Shown piece by piece: positions 29,537-37,948 of a DNA stretch of 64,000 nt. A model generated the notes under the pieces. That model ran no database searches and had not been told where the DNA came from. It saw only the letters and a list, made by a program, of their open reading frames with translations. Source of the DNA: Chloroflexota bacterium (GTDB taxonomy: Bacteria; Chloroflexota; Limnocylindria; P2-11E). Each line of letters begins with the position of its first letter. Within the stretch, counting starts at the first letter, position 1. The position numbers were made by a program, and so were the translations under genes. Where the stretch lies: contig VBFY01000061.1 of assembly GCA_005889405.1 (NCBI GenBank), positions 64,769 to 128,768 of the forward strand. The letters are read 5' to 3'.

Positions 29537-29552
29537 TTGCCGAAATTACCCC
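29530..29552. repeat. Perfect inverted repeat at LAGLIDADG stop
   Basis: GGGGTAATT-GCCGA-AATTACCCC. Confidence 0.85.
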
Positions 29553-29785
29553 TCTCGACATTGCCGACCCCGCAGTCCGCGCAGCGAGGCTTTGGCTGCG
29601 ACACGCGGCCATCACGCTCTGGGGCTCCGCGAGCTTGCCATCCGCGCAGCGGCTCGCTGGTTATCGCCAGATCTCGACGACACGGAGAAATCTGGGCACA
29701 AGCGACGCTGGGCTGAAGGCTTTTCTACAAGCACGTCGGCTGATGCGGCGTGGTTGTAGATGGCGGCGCCCCCGGCTGAGGGTCA

Positions 29786-29815
29786 TTGATAGCATTGTCA
29801 CAATAGTGCTATCAT
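29786..29815 (+). promoter_or_regulatory. TA promoter/operator with FitA-type half sites
   Basis: TGATAGCA-N12-TGCTATCA (29787-29814) overlapping TTGATA -35 and TG-n-TATCAT -10. Confidence 0.75.
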
Positions 29816-29824
29816 CGCGGGCGC

Positions 29825-30112
29825 ATGCGGCAATTAATCACGCGGATCGACGACGATCTCCATCACCGTCTGAAGCGTCGCGCTGCCGTCGAGGGCAGGT
29901 CGGTGAATGCGATGGTCAGCGACATATTGCGTCGGGCCGTTGTAGCGCACGACCAACGTGAGCTCGTGCGCGCTCGTCTTCGCGCCCTGGGTCGTCTGGC
30001 GTTCGTGCCGCGCCCGCGCAAGGCTCCGTCCCGTCGCGCTGCGCTGCGATTGGCGCGAGGCACTGGCTCGTCCGTGAGCGAAGCACTCGAGGCGGATCGC
30101 AACAGACGGTGA
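29825..30112 (+). CDS. Ribbon-helix-helix antitoxin (FitA/VapB-like)
   Basis: MRQLITRIDDDLHHRLKRRAA.EGRS.N..V..IL RHH pattern; overlaps PIN gene. Confidence 0.88.
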   Translation: MRQLITRIDDDLHHRLKRRAAVEGRSVNAMVSDILRRAVVAHDQRELVRARLRALGRLAFVPRPRKAPSRRAALRLARGTGSSVSEALEADRNRR

Positions 30113-30552
30113 GCCTCATCTATGCGGACAGCAGCGCTCTCGTCCGCGCGTACTTTCCCGACGAGCCTGACCATGCCGATCTGCGGACGCTATTGCTCGA
30201 GGGTAACGAGGCGGTTGTCACGAGCGAGATCGCGCGCCTTGAGCTCGCGAGCGCCGCGCGCGGGGCATCGAGCGGCGGCCGTCTGTCTCGGTGGAGCGAG
30301 CTGTTGGCACGGATCGACGTGGATCTCGCTGAGGGTGGACCGATCGGCCCGATCGGCTTGCGGCCGGATCTGATCCTTCCCGCGGCATATCGCCTGGTCG
30401 TCGAGCATCGCTTGCGGACCCTTGACGCAATACATCTCGCCGTGTGCGTCGAGGAGTGCCCGGCGTTCGCGGGCGACGACACGATCATTTTCGTGACGCG
30501 CGACAGAGAGCAGGCGGCGGCGGCGCGGGCGCTCGGCCTCGAAACGGGCTGA
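30109..30552 (+). CDS. vapC: PIN-domain VapC toxin
   Basis: YADSSALV, E in RLEL, LRTLDAIHLA, FVTRD..Q..AA. Confidence 0.9.
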   Translation: MSLIYADSSALVRAYFPDEPDHADLRTLLLEGNEAVVTSEIARLELASAARGASSGGRLSRWSELLARIDVDLAEGGPIGPIGLRPDLILPAAYRLVVEHRLRTLDAIHLAVCVEECPAFAGDDTIIFVTRDREQAAAARALGLETG

Positions 30553-30583
30553 ATCCGTCGTCCGCCGACGCACAGACCAGGCG

Positions 30584-31114
30584 CTACGGTCTGAACGGCG
30601 CTTTGCCGTCGATGTTGCCGACGAACTGCGGAAGCCGAGCATGCCCGAGCTGCTGTCGTATCGCCATGTTCTCGCCGGTGTGATACCAGTAGTGGTAGAT
30701 CACGCGTTGCACAAGATTCCCGAACGTGTATGGGATCGGCTTTCCCTTGTTCACCGCGTTGGCCAGGAGGTCGGCCGTCGTGAGCCCGTCGAGCCATGGA
30801 TCGGCCGCCGTCGTGATCGCGCGCCATGCCCTTAGAACGCGCGCAAGCGTGGGCGTGCTCGCGGGACCGCCGGTCGTGAACTCCGCGGCGATGTCGGGAT
30901 ACGGCTGCACGTCCAGTCCGAATCCAAGGAAGTAGCGCTGCTCCTGCCACGCGAGGTGGCCGACGTTCCAGCTGAGGCAGTTCATCGGAAGCAAACGCCG
31001 CCGCGCGTCCTTCTCCGTCACGCCCTTGATCGTTCGAAGAAATTCGGCTCTTGTGAAACGAAGCTGCGTTACCAGCGGATGGATCTCGGCCGTCCGCTTT
31101 CGGCGCTTCGCCAT
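30584..31114 (-). CDS. DinB family protein
   Basis: W.VGHLAWQE and HYWYHTGE His motifs. Confidence 0.85.
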   Translation of the reverse strand: MAKRRKRTAEIHPLVTQLRFTRAEFLRTIKGVTEKDARRRLLPMNCLSWNVGHLAWQEQRYFLGFGLDVQPYPDIAAEFTTGGPASTPTLARVLRAWRAITTAADPWLDGLTTADLLANAVNKGKPIPYTFGNLVQRVIYHYWYHTGENMAIRQQLGHARLPQFVGNIDGKAPFRP

Positions 31115-31242
31115 GCCAAAAAAGATACGTCAGGAACCCGCGCGTCTGCGTGCGGCCGATCAGTCGAGCTAAACGCGAACCACAGACGCGCACGGAGGCG
31201 GCTCGGCGTAGCGTTAGCCGCGATCTCTTGGGAGGGACACCG

Positions 31243-33774
31243 ATGCTCGAACGCACACGCCTGATGTTCACCCCGCTCGCGATCCTCGTGCTTCTCGTCC
31301 TCATCTCGACCGCCGGTCTTGCCGTGTCCGGCAGATCGTCGGACCGCAAGATCGAGCGCACCAAGGACGCCGCCGGCAACCTCGACGAAGTCAGCGCGTC
31401 GATCCTGGAGCAAGCCGGGGCGCGCTACGCGCCGGGCACGAGCGTTCCCGGATCTGCGTTCCTCGCAGCGTTCCAGCAAGGGCGGGCGCTCCCCCTTGTC
31501 GGCGGCGCGTGGAGCGAGCTCACGACCAAGATGTACGACTCGGATGACAAGAATTACCGCGACCCCGTGTTCTCGAATGGCGGCGGCGGCAACGGTCTGG
31601 TGACCGGCCGCATGAGCGCGCTCGCGGTGCAGGCCAACGGCACGCTGTGGGCCGGCGCCGCCGACGGCGGCGTGTGGAAGTCGACGAACGGCGGTAACAG
31701 CTGGACACCGAAGTTCGACACACAGGGTTCGCTTTCGATCGGCGCGATCGCGATCAATCCGGCCGACCAAAGCGTGTGGGTCGGCACCGGCGAGGACAAC
31801 ACCGCGTTCGAGAACTACCGGGGCATCGGTGTGCTCCGCTCGACCGATGGTGGCTCTACGTGGAACAACATCGGCGGCTCCGAGCTCGACGGCACGACGA
31901 TCGGCCGGCTCACCTTCGATGGACATGGCAACGTGTACGCGGCCACCAGCTTCGGGCTCTGGCGACGCTCGACATCGACTGCCGCGAGCGGAAGCTGGAC
32001 GCTCATGTTCGACGCCGCGACATTCGGGTTCGCAAAGATCCCGTACGGCTTCTCGATGGCGAACGACGTCCAGGTCCGGCCCGGCTCGAACGGGCAGACC
32101 ATCGTCGCCAACATGTCGTGGCGGAGCGGCACCGCATACGACGGCATCTACCAGTCGACCGACGGCGGCGCGTCGTGGGGTCGCGTGAAGACCGGCGGCG
32201 CGATCAATGACGCGGATATCGGGCGCAGCAGCCTCTCGTACTCAGCCGACGGCTCGAAGCTCTACGCGCTTGTGGAGTCTCCGCGGATGATCAACAGCTT
32301 CACGCAGTCCGGCGGCAACGTCCTGCAGGGCATCTACGTGTCGCCGACCGGCGATGCGGCGGGTCCGTGGAACAAGATCGCCGAGTCCAGCAAGCTCGCG
32401 AACTCGGGCTCGGCGCTCAAGTCGTACCGCGGCTATGCCCCTGGCGTGCAAGCCTGGTACAACCAATTCATCGCGGTCGACCCGGCCGACGCGGATCACG
32501 TCTACGTCGGACTCGAGGAAGTCTTCGAGACGACCGACGGCGGAACGACCTGGAACACGATCGGTCCGTACTGGAACTTCACCCTTCCGTGCTATGCGAA
32601 CGGCGCGGACACCTGCCCAAAGACGACGCACCCCGACCAGCACGCGATCGCGTTCGCGGGCAACACGGTCTACGTCGGCAATGACGGCGGCGTGTGGAGC
32701 CGCGACAAGCGCAACCACGAGATCGTATGGAACGATCTCAACGCGACGCTGCGCACGCTCCAGTACTACTACGCGGGCGCCGGGACGGTCACCGGCGGCG
32801 ATGCGATCTGGGGCGGCCTCCAGGACAACGGCGAGTCGCTCCTCCTCCCGGGCCTTTCCACCATGGTCTCCCCGTTCGGCGGCGACGGCGGCGATACGCT
32901 CGTCGATCCGAACAACGGCGATCGCGCGGTCGTCGAGTACACCGACCTCGACATGGCGCTCACGACGACGGGCGGACGCTCCGATGGATCGACCGTGGCC
33001 TTCGTCGAGATGACGCCGTCATGCTTCGCGTTCACCTACACGCCGAGTCCCTGCGATCCGAACCCGCGATTCATCGCGCCATTCCGCGCGGATGTGAAGA
33101 GCCTCGATCACTGGGTCTCGGGCGGTCAGTACGTCTGGGACAACCAGGGCAAGGGCTGGGACACGCGGTGCTCCGCCTCGGCCTGCGACTGGAAGATCGC
33201 GTACAACACCGGCAGCGGCGATTCGACCACGGCGATCGCCGTGAACGGCAGCGTGGTCTACGCCGGTTGGTGTGGCCCGACCGGCTGCAACCCGCTGACG
33301 AGCTCCACGACGGGCGGCGGCTTCCGCCGCGGCATCGCGACGAACATCTCCGGCACCTGGACGGAGCTCTCGATGAGCTCGCTTCCGCTCCGGTACGTCA
33401 ACGCGCTCACAGTCGACCCGAACAACGCTGCGCACGTCTACGCCGTGTTCGGCGGCTTCTCGCGACACTGGGTGCCGAACGCTGGCGTTGGCCATGTCTT
33501 CGAGACGAAGGACGGCGGCGCGAACTGGACCGACATCAGCGGGAACCTTCCTGACGCACCGGGCGACGACCTGCTGATCGTGAACGGCAACCTCGTGCTC
33601 GCCACCGACGTTGGCGCATTCATCGCGTCGGCCGCGACGCCCACGGTGTGGTCGCGCCTTGGAACCGCCCTTCCGAACTCCGCGATCTACGACCTGTCGC
33701 TCGGCCAGGCGAACGGCGGGTACATCATCGCCGCGACGCACGGACGCGGTCTCTGGAAGATCGCGTTGCCGTAG
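31243..33774 (+). CDS. Secreted BNR/Asp-box beta-propeller protein (GH74/VPS10-like)
   Basis: GGAGG RBS, signal peptide; repeated S/T.DGG..W boxes, HPDQHA, GNDGG, GGLQDNG, ATHGRG.W. Confidence 0.88.
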   Translation: MLERTRLMFTPLAILVLLVLISTAGLAVSGRSSDRKIERTKDAAGNLDEVSASILEQAGARYAPGTSVPGSAFLAAFQQGRALPLVGGAWSELTTKMYDSDDKNYRDPVFSNGGGGNGLVTGRMSALAVQANGTLWAGAADGGVWKSTNGGNSWTPKFDTQGSLSIGAIAINPADQSVWVGTGEDNTAFENYRGIGVLRSTDGGSTWNNIGGSELDGTTIGRLTFDGHGNVYAATSFGLWRRSTSTAASGSWTLMFDAATFGFAKIPYGFSMANDVQVRPGSNGQTIVANMSWRSGTAYDGIYQSTDGGASWGRVKTGGAINDADIGRSSLSYSADGSKLYALVESPRMINSFTQSGGNVLQGIYVSPTGDAAGPWNKIAESSKLANSGSALKSYRGYAPGVQAWYNQFIAVDPADADHVYVGLEEVFETTDGGTTWNTIGPYWNFTLPCYANGADTCPKTTHPDQHAIAFAGNTVYVGNDGGVWSRDKRNHEIVWNDLNATLRTLQYYYAGAGTVTGGDAIWGGLQDNGESLLLPGLSTMVSPFGGDGGDTLVDPNNGDRAVVEYTDLDMALTTTGGRSDGSTVAFVEMTPSCFAFTYTPSPCDPNPRFIAPFRADVKSLDHWVSGGQYVWDNQGKGWDTRCSASACDWKIAYNTGSGDSTTAIAVNGSVVYAGWCGPTGCNPLTSSTTGGGFRRGIATNISGTWTELSMSSLPLRYVNALTVDPNNAAHVYAVFGGFSRHWVPNAGVGHVFETKDGGANWTDISGNLPDAPGDDLLIVNGNLVLATDVGAFIASAATPTVWSRLGTALPNSAIYDLSLGQANGGYIIAATHGRGLWKIALP

Positions 33775-33796
33775 AGACTTCGCGTTCGCACACCTC

Positions 33797-33830
33797 GCGC
33801 GGACGGCGGCCCACCGGGGCCGCCGTGCGC
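33797..33830 (+). terminator. GC-rich hairpin, terminator-like (no U tract)
   Basis: ACGGCGGCCC-ACCG-GGGCCGCCGT just after the stop at 33774. Confidence 0.5.
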
Positions 33831-33849
33831 ATTCCGGTAGCCTGAACGC

Positions 33850-35115
33850 ATAGCCCTCACGAGTGCGACCGCACCGACCGGCACGTCCTTCGCGGCGCTG
33901 CGCCACGGTCCATTCCGCGCGTACTTCACGACCAGCCTGCTCTCGATGATGGGCGACAACGTCGAGCACGTGATCTCGTACTGGGTCATCTTCCAAGCGT
34001 TCCACTCCCCCACGCTCGCGGGCTTCGCCGTGATCAGTCACTGGACACCGTTTTTGGTGCTGGGCGTGTGGTTCGGCGGACTCGCCGACCGTTACGACTG
34101 CCGCAAGATCATCATCGCGTCGCAGATCGCCTTCATCGCGGCGTCGCTGGCGTGGGCGCTGCTGTTCCTCACCGGCACGCTGCAGACGTGGCATGCCGTG
34201 ATCCTGCTCATCATTCACGGTCTCGCGGGGGCGCTGTGGTCGCCCGCGGGGCAGCTCATCATCCACGACATCGTCGGCCACGAGCAGCTGCAAAGCGGCG
34301 TGCGGCTCGCGGCCACCGGTCGCAGCATCGGAATCCTGTTCGGCCCCGCGGTCGGCGGCGCGCTGCTGCTCGGGCTCGGCCCGGCGTACGGCCTGATGGC
34401 GAACGCATTCCTGTACCTCCCGATGACGATCTGGCTGCTTCGCACGCCGTACAGCGGCCACCGCCGGACCGGCGCGAACGACGAGAGCGCGCGGATCTCG
34501 CTCGCCGACGCGGTGCGCACGCTGCGCGAGATATCGGGCAACCGCGGCATCCTCGTGATGACTGCGCTCGCCGGACTCAGCTCGCTCTTCGTCGGCAACG
34601 CCTACCAGGCGCAGATGCCGGAGTTTGCCGCGTGGTTCGGTTCCGCTCAGGACGAGATCACGTACAGCGTGCTGCTCACGGCGAACGCGGCGGGGTCCGT
34701 GCTCGGCGGCTTCGGTCTCGAGGCGCTGGCGTTCTTCCGCCAGCCGCGCATCCGGACGGCCGTTCTGCTCGCGCTCGCCTGGGGCGCCTCGATCCTTCTG
34801 TTCGCGCTGACACCGGTCTACGCGATCGCGGTGCTGGCGCTGCTCCTCGGGGGCGTGCTCAACATCGGCTTCACCTCGATGGCCCAGGCCTACGTCCAGC
34901 TCGAGGCGCCGCCGGCCCGCCGCGGGCGCGTGGTCGGACTGTTCAGCATGTCGTGGAACGGCCTGCGCGTCGGTAGTGGCGTGACGGTCGGGATCCTCGG
35001 CGCGGCCATCGGCATCCACTACTCTCTCGCGCTGAGCGCCATCGCGTTCCTCGTTGTCGGGGTGGCGCTGCTCGTTTATGCGAATGGGCGCGCGCGCGAA
35101 GCGGTCACCGCCTAA
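33850..35115 (+). CDS. MFS transporter (probable ATA leaderless start)
   Basis: SFAALRH..FR.Y N-terminus lies upstream of the first ATG (33946); GGLADRYD.RK motif A; about 12 TM segments. Confidence 0.88.
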   Translation: MALTSATAPTGTSFAALRHGPFRAYFTTSLLSMMGDNVEHVISYWVIFQAFHSPTLAGFAVISHWTPFLVLGVWFGGLADRYDCRKIIIASQIAFIAASLAWALLFLTGTLQTWHAVILLIIHGLAGALWSPAGQLIIHDIVGHEQLQSGVRLAATGRSIGILFGPAVGGALLLGLGPAYGLMANAFLYLPMTIWLLRTPYSGHRRTGANDESARISLADAVRTLREISGNRGILVMTALAGLSSLFVGNAYQAQMPEFAAWFGSAQDEITYSVLLTANAAGSVLGGFGLEALAFFRQPRIRTAVLLALAWGASILLFALTPVYAIAVLALLLGGVLNIGFTSMAQAYVQLEAPPARRGRVVGLFSMSWNGLRVGSGVTVGILGAAIGIHYSLALSAIAFLVVGVALLVYANGRAREAVTA

Positions 35116-35136
35116 AGAGTCGCACAGGGAGTCGGA

Positions 35137-35361
35137 ATGCCGATCAAGAGTCAGGCCCAGCGTCGCAAGTTCGCTGAGCTCCTGGTGGAGGGCAAGATCT
35201 CTCCCGAGGTCTACGAACGGTGGAACCGTGGAGCGGGGTACAAGAAGCTTCCCGAACATGTGAAGCCCAAGGCGAAACCCAGGGCCAAGCGCACACCGAA
35301 GGCGAAGACCAAGAGAAAGACGACGTCGGCCCGCAAGACCACGAAGCGCTCGCGTCGCTGA
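35137..35361 (+). CDS. Small basic protein with Lys/Arg-rich tail
   Basis: AGGGAG RBS; MPIKSQAQRRKF...KKLPEHV then KPKAK/KTT repeats. Confidence 0.75.
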   Translation: MPIKSQAQRRKFAELLVEGKISPEVYERWNRGAGYKKLPEHVKPKAKPRAKRTPKAKTKRKTTSARKTTKRSRR

Positions 35362-35382
35362 CCTAGCGCTCCGATCACGGCG

Positions 35383-35943
35383 ATGCGAACGCTCGAGACC
35401 GACCGCTTGATCATCCGCGCATTCACGCTCCAGGACGCCGACACGTACGCGCGATTGCTCGACGCGGCGTTCGGCGCGGACTCGTACGGACCGCCGGAGG
35501 AGAAGCGTGTCGTGTTCGAGTACCAGGTCGCGGCGGACGCCGGTCTCGCGCTCCTGCATCAGCCTCCATACGGCGACCGCGCGATCGTGCTGCGAAGCAG
35601 CGGCGAGATCGTGGGTTCCGTCGGTTTCGCGCCGTGTCTCATGCCCTTCGGCCAGCTGCCCTCGTTCGAGCCGACCACGAAGTTCACATCGGAGGTCGGA
35701 CTCTTCTGGGCGCTCTTTCCCGAGCACTGGCGTAAGGGCTATGCGACCGAGGCCGCGGCTGCGATGGTCTCGTACGCCTTCAATCAGCTCCGATTGCGAC
35801 GCATCGTCGCGACCACCGAGAACGACAACGCCAGATCGGTCGGCGTCATGCGCCGCCTCGGCATGCGGCTCGAACGGAATCCGCTCGCCGAGCCCGCGTG
35901 GTTCCAGACCGTCGGCATCCTTGATGACCTGCCTCTCGCCTAG
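35383..35943 (+). CDS. GNAT N-acetyltransferase (RimJ/RimL-like)
   Basis: LETDRL.IR, W.KGYATEAA, N.RS..VM.RLGM. Confidence 0.9.
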   Translation: MRTLETDRLIIRAFTLQDADTYARLLDAAFGADSYGPPEEKRVVFEYQVAADAGLALLHQPPYGDRAIVLRSSGEIVGSVGFAPCLMPFGQLPSFEPTTKFTSEVGLFWALFPEHWRKGYATEAAAAMVSYAFNQLRLRRIVATTENDNARSVGVMRRLGMRLERNPLAEPAWFQTVGILDDLPLA

Positions 35944-36437
35944 TCCTCGACCCTCAGCGTGAAGCGCAGCTCCTCTCCGGCGAGCGAATACCTGAGCTCC
36001 CAGCAGCCCGTCGTCGAGAAGGTGACGCTGCTCCCGATATTCCCGTCGGATGCCGTCCCGGTGAACGTGCCCTGACCGTCTCCGTCGAGCTGCCTGCCGC
36101 GCACCGTGATCGGTCCGCCTTTGAGAGGGATCATCCACACCTTGCTGTATCTGCGCTGAAAGACGCCGTCCAGAGGAAGGCTGATCCACATCGCGTCGTT
36201 ACCGATCCAATTGCCCGTCGCGGCCCACGCGTCGCGCGACGGTGTCGGATTCGGTCGCGGTGACGCTCCGCCAATCATGATGTCCATCACGACCTGCGGC
36301 GGGACCATTCGTGCGAACGTCGGCTGACAGGTCCCGGCTGATGCACCGACGCTCGCGGGCGCCGAGGTTCGCGGAACCTGACTGACAGCGTTGCAGGCGG
36401 CGCACGTGAGCAGTGCGGCGATCAGAAGGCCCCACAC
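35940..36437 (-). CDS. Hypothetical lipoprotein
   Basis: Signal with CAAC lipobox; C-terminal F...GCWE motif; GGGGAG RBS. Confidence 0.7.
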   Translation of the reverse strand: MWGLLIAALLTCAACNAVSQVPRTSAPASVGASAGTCQPTFARMVPPQVVMDIMIGGASPRPNPTPSRDAWAATGNWIGNDAMWISLPLDGVFQRRYSKVWMIPLKGGPITVRGRQLDGDGQGTFTGTASDGNIGSSVTFSTTGCWELRYSLAGEELRFTLRVED

Positions 36438-36503
36438 GCTCCCCGATACAGCCTTCGCCGCGGACCGGTTCCCGACACGAGGAGCTCCGACGAGGCGTAG
36501 CTG

Positions 36504-37265
36504 CTAGCGCGCTGTCCAGCCCGCGTCGATCACCTGCGTCGCGCCCGTGATCCCGCCGGCGTCGTCCGAGCAGAGGAAGCGCACATACGCCGCGACCTCG
36601 GACGGCTCCAGGAGCCGCTTGAGCGCCGCGGGCGCGAGCATGATGTCGCGGATCACGGCGTCCTCGCTGATCCCGTGCACCTTCGCCTGATCGGCGATCT
36701 GCTTCTCCACGAGCGGCGTTCGCACGTAGGACGGACAGATCGCGTTCACGGTCACGCCCTTTTCGGCCGCCTCGAGCGCGACGGCTTTCGTGAAGCCGAC
36801 GAGTCCGTGTTTCGCGGCGACGTACGCGGACTTGTACGGCGATGCGACCAGGCCGTGCACCGACGCGATGTTCACGATGCGACCCCACCCTTTCGCGTAC
36901 ATGTGGGGCAGCGCGGCGCGCGTGAGGTAGAACGCGCCGAAGAGCATCACGCGGACGAGTCGCTCCCAGGTCTCGACCGGGAATGCCTCGACTGGAGCGA
37001 CGTGCTGCAGCCCCGCGTTGTTCACCAGGATGTCGACGCCACCCAAGTCACGGATCGCGCGCGCCACGAGCGCGTCGCAGTCCGACTGCTTCGCGGCGTC
37101 CGCGCGCTGGAATATGCCGGTCGAGAAGTCGGCGGCGACTCGCTCGCCCTCCTCGACGTTCACGTCCGCGAAGAGAACGCGCGCGCCGTTCGCCGCGAGA
37201 TCCGTCGCGATCGCGCGGCCGATGCCGCTCGCCGCGCCGGTCACGATGGCTGCCCGGCCACTCAT
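36504..37265 (-). CDS. bdhA: 3-hydroxybutyrate dehydrogenase (SDR)
   Basis: TGAASGIG, NNAGLQHV.P, SVHGL.ASP.KSAYVAAKHG, TPLVEKQI. Confidence 0.9.
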   Translation of the reverse strand: MSGRAAIVTGAASGIGRAIATDLAANGARVLFADVNVEEGERVAADFSTGIFQRADAAKQSDCDALVARAIRDLGGVDILVNNAGLQHVAPVEAFPVETWERLVRVMLFGAFYLTRAALPHMYAKGWGRIVNIASVHGLVASPYKSAYVAAKHGLVGFTKAVALEAAEKGVTVNAICPSYVRTPLVEKQIADQAKVHGISEDAVIRDIMLAPAALKRLLEPSEVAAYVRFLCSDDAGGITGATQVIDAGWTAR

Positions 37266-37351
37266 CGGACGCGCAGTCTAGGTTCTGATCCGACGTCTCC
37301 CTGATCGCGTACCAGTTCCTTGGCGATCTACGCCAGAAAAAGGGAGGCACC

Positions 37352-37894
37352 ATGCGGAAGCGACGGTTCTTCGGCACGCTCATCTTCGCGGTCCCTGTGG
37401 TCGTCGCAGCAGCCACGTTCGCGGTCGCTGGGGACGCCGGCAAGAGTCAGTTCAAGGCCGACACGCTGACCGGCTATCAAGAGGTCGCCGGCCCGGGCAC
37501 CATCTCGACGATCGGCAGCGGAACGTTCGAGGCGAGCCTAAACGGCGCCGGGGACGAGATCAGCTACACACTGACGTACGGCGATCTTGAGGGTGGCACC
37601 GTGACGCAGGCACACATCCACTTCGGGGCCCGTGGCTTCAGCGGCGGCGTCATCGCCTTTCTCTGCGGTGGCCCGAAGCCGGCCTGTCCGCCCTCCGGCA
37701 CAGTGACCGGCACGATCGCCGCGGCGGACATCCTCGGTCCGACTGTGCAGGGCATCGAGCCAGGGTCCTTCGACGAGGCCGTCCGTGCGATCCGCGCGGG
37801 AGCGGTCTACGCCAATGTGCACACGACGCGCTGGCCGGCCGGTGAGATCCGCGGCCAGGTGAACGACGCGAACCAACGGGCCGACCCCCAGTAG
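37352..37894 (+). CDS. Secreted CHRD domain protein
   Basis: GGAGG RBS, signal; L.G.QEV, AHIH.G, YANVHT...P.GEIRGQ. Confidence 0.9.
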   Translation: MRKRRFFGTLIFAVPVVVAAATFAVAGDAGKSQFKADTLTGYQEVAGPGTISTIGSGTFEASLNGAGDEISYTLTYGDLEGGTVTQAHIHFGARGFSGGVIAFLCGGPKPACPPSGTVTGTIAAADILGPTVQGIEPGSFDEAVRAIRAGAVYANVHTTRWPAGEIRGQVNDANQRADPQ

Positions 37895-37905
37895 CTCGGC
37901 CAACA

Positions 37906-37948
37906 CGCTAGACGCCGGGGCCGGCCGAAGGGTCGGCCCCGTCTAGCG
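37906..37948. terminator. Long hairpin between convergent genes
   Basis: CGCTAGAC..GGGGCCGGCC-GAAG-GGTCGGCCCC.GTCTAGCG. Confidence 0.6.

Noticed and set aside
27822..29577. 10-bp inverted repeat GACTGCGGGG / CCCCGCAGTC flanking the recombinase-nuclease pair (possible inverton ends)
   Set aside because: Short and GC-rich, so plausible by chance between two roughly 200-bp GC-rich gaps; needs orientation-switch reads.
31136..31195. GCGCGTCTG/CAGACGCGC inverted repeat as ncRNA or riboswitch
   Set aside because: Only a 9-bp GC-rich stem in a short divergent promoter region; no recognisable motif.
33019..36189. 1056-aa minus-strand ORF (and similar long ORFs such as 3221-5086)
   Set aside because: Antisense shadow frames of real genes, typical of high-GC DNA; Arg/Ala-rich with no motifs.
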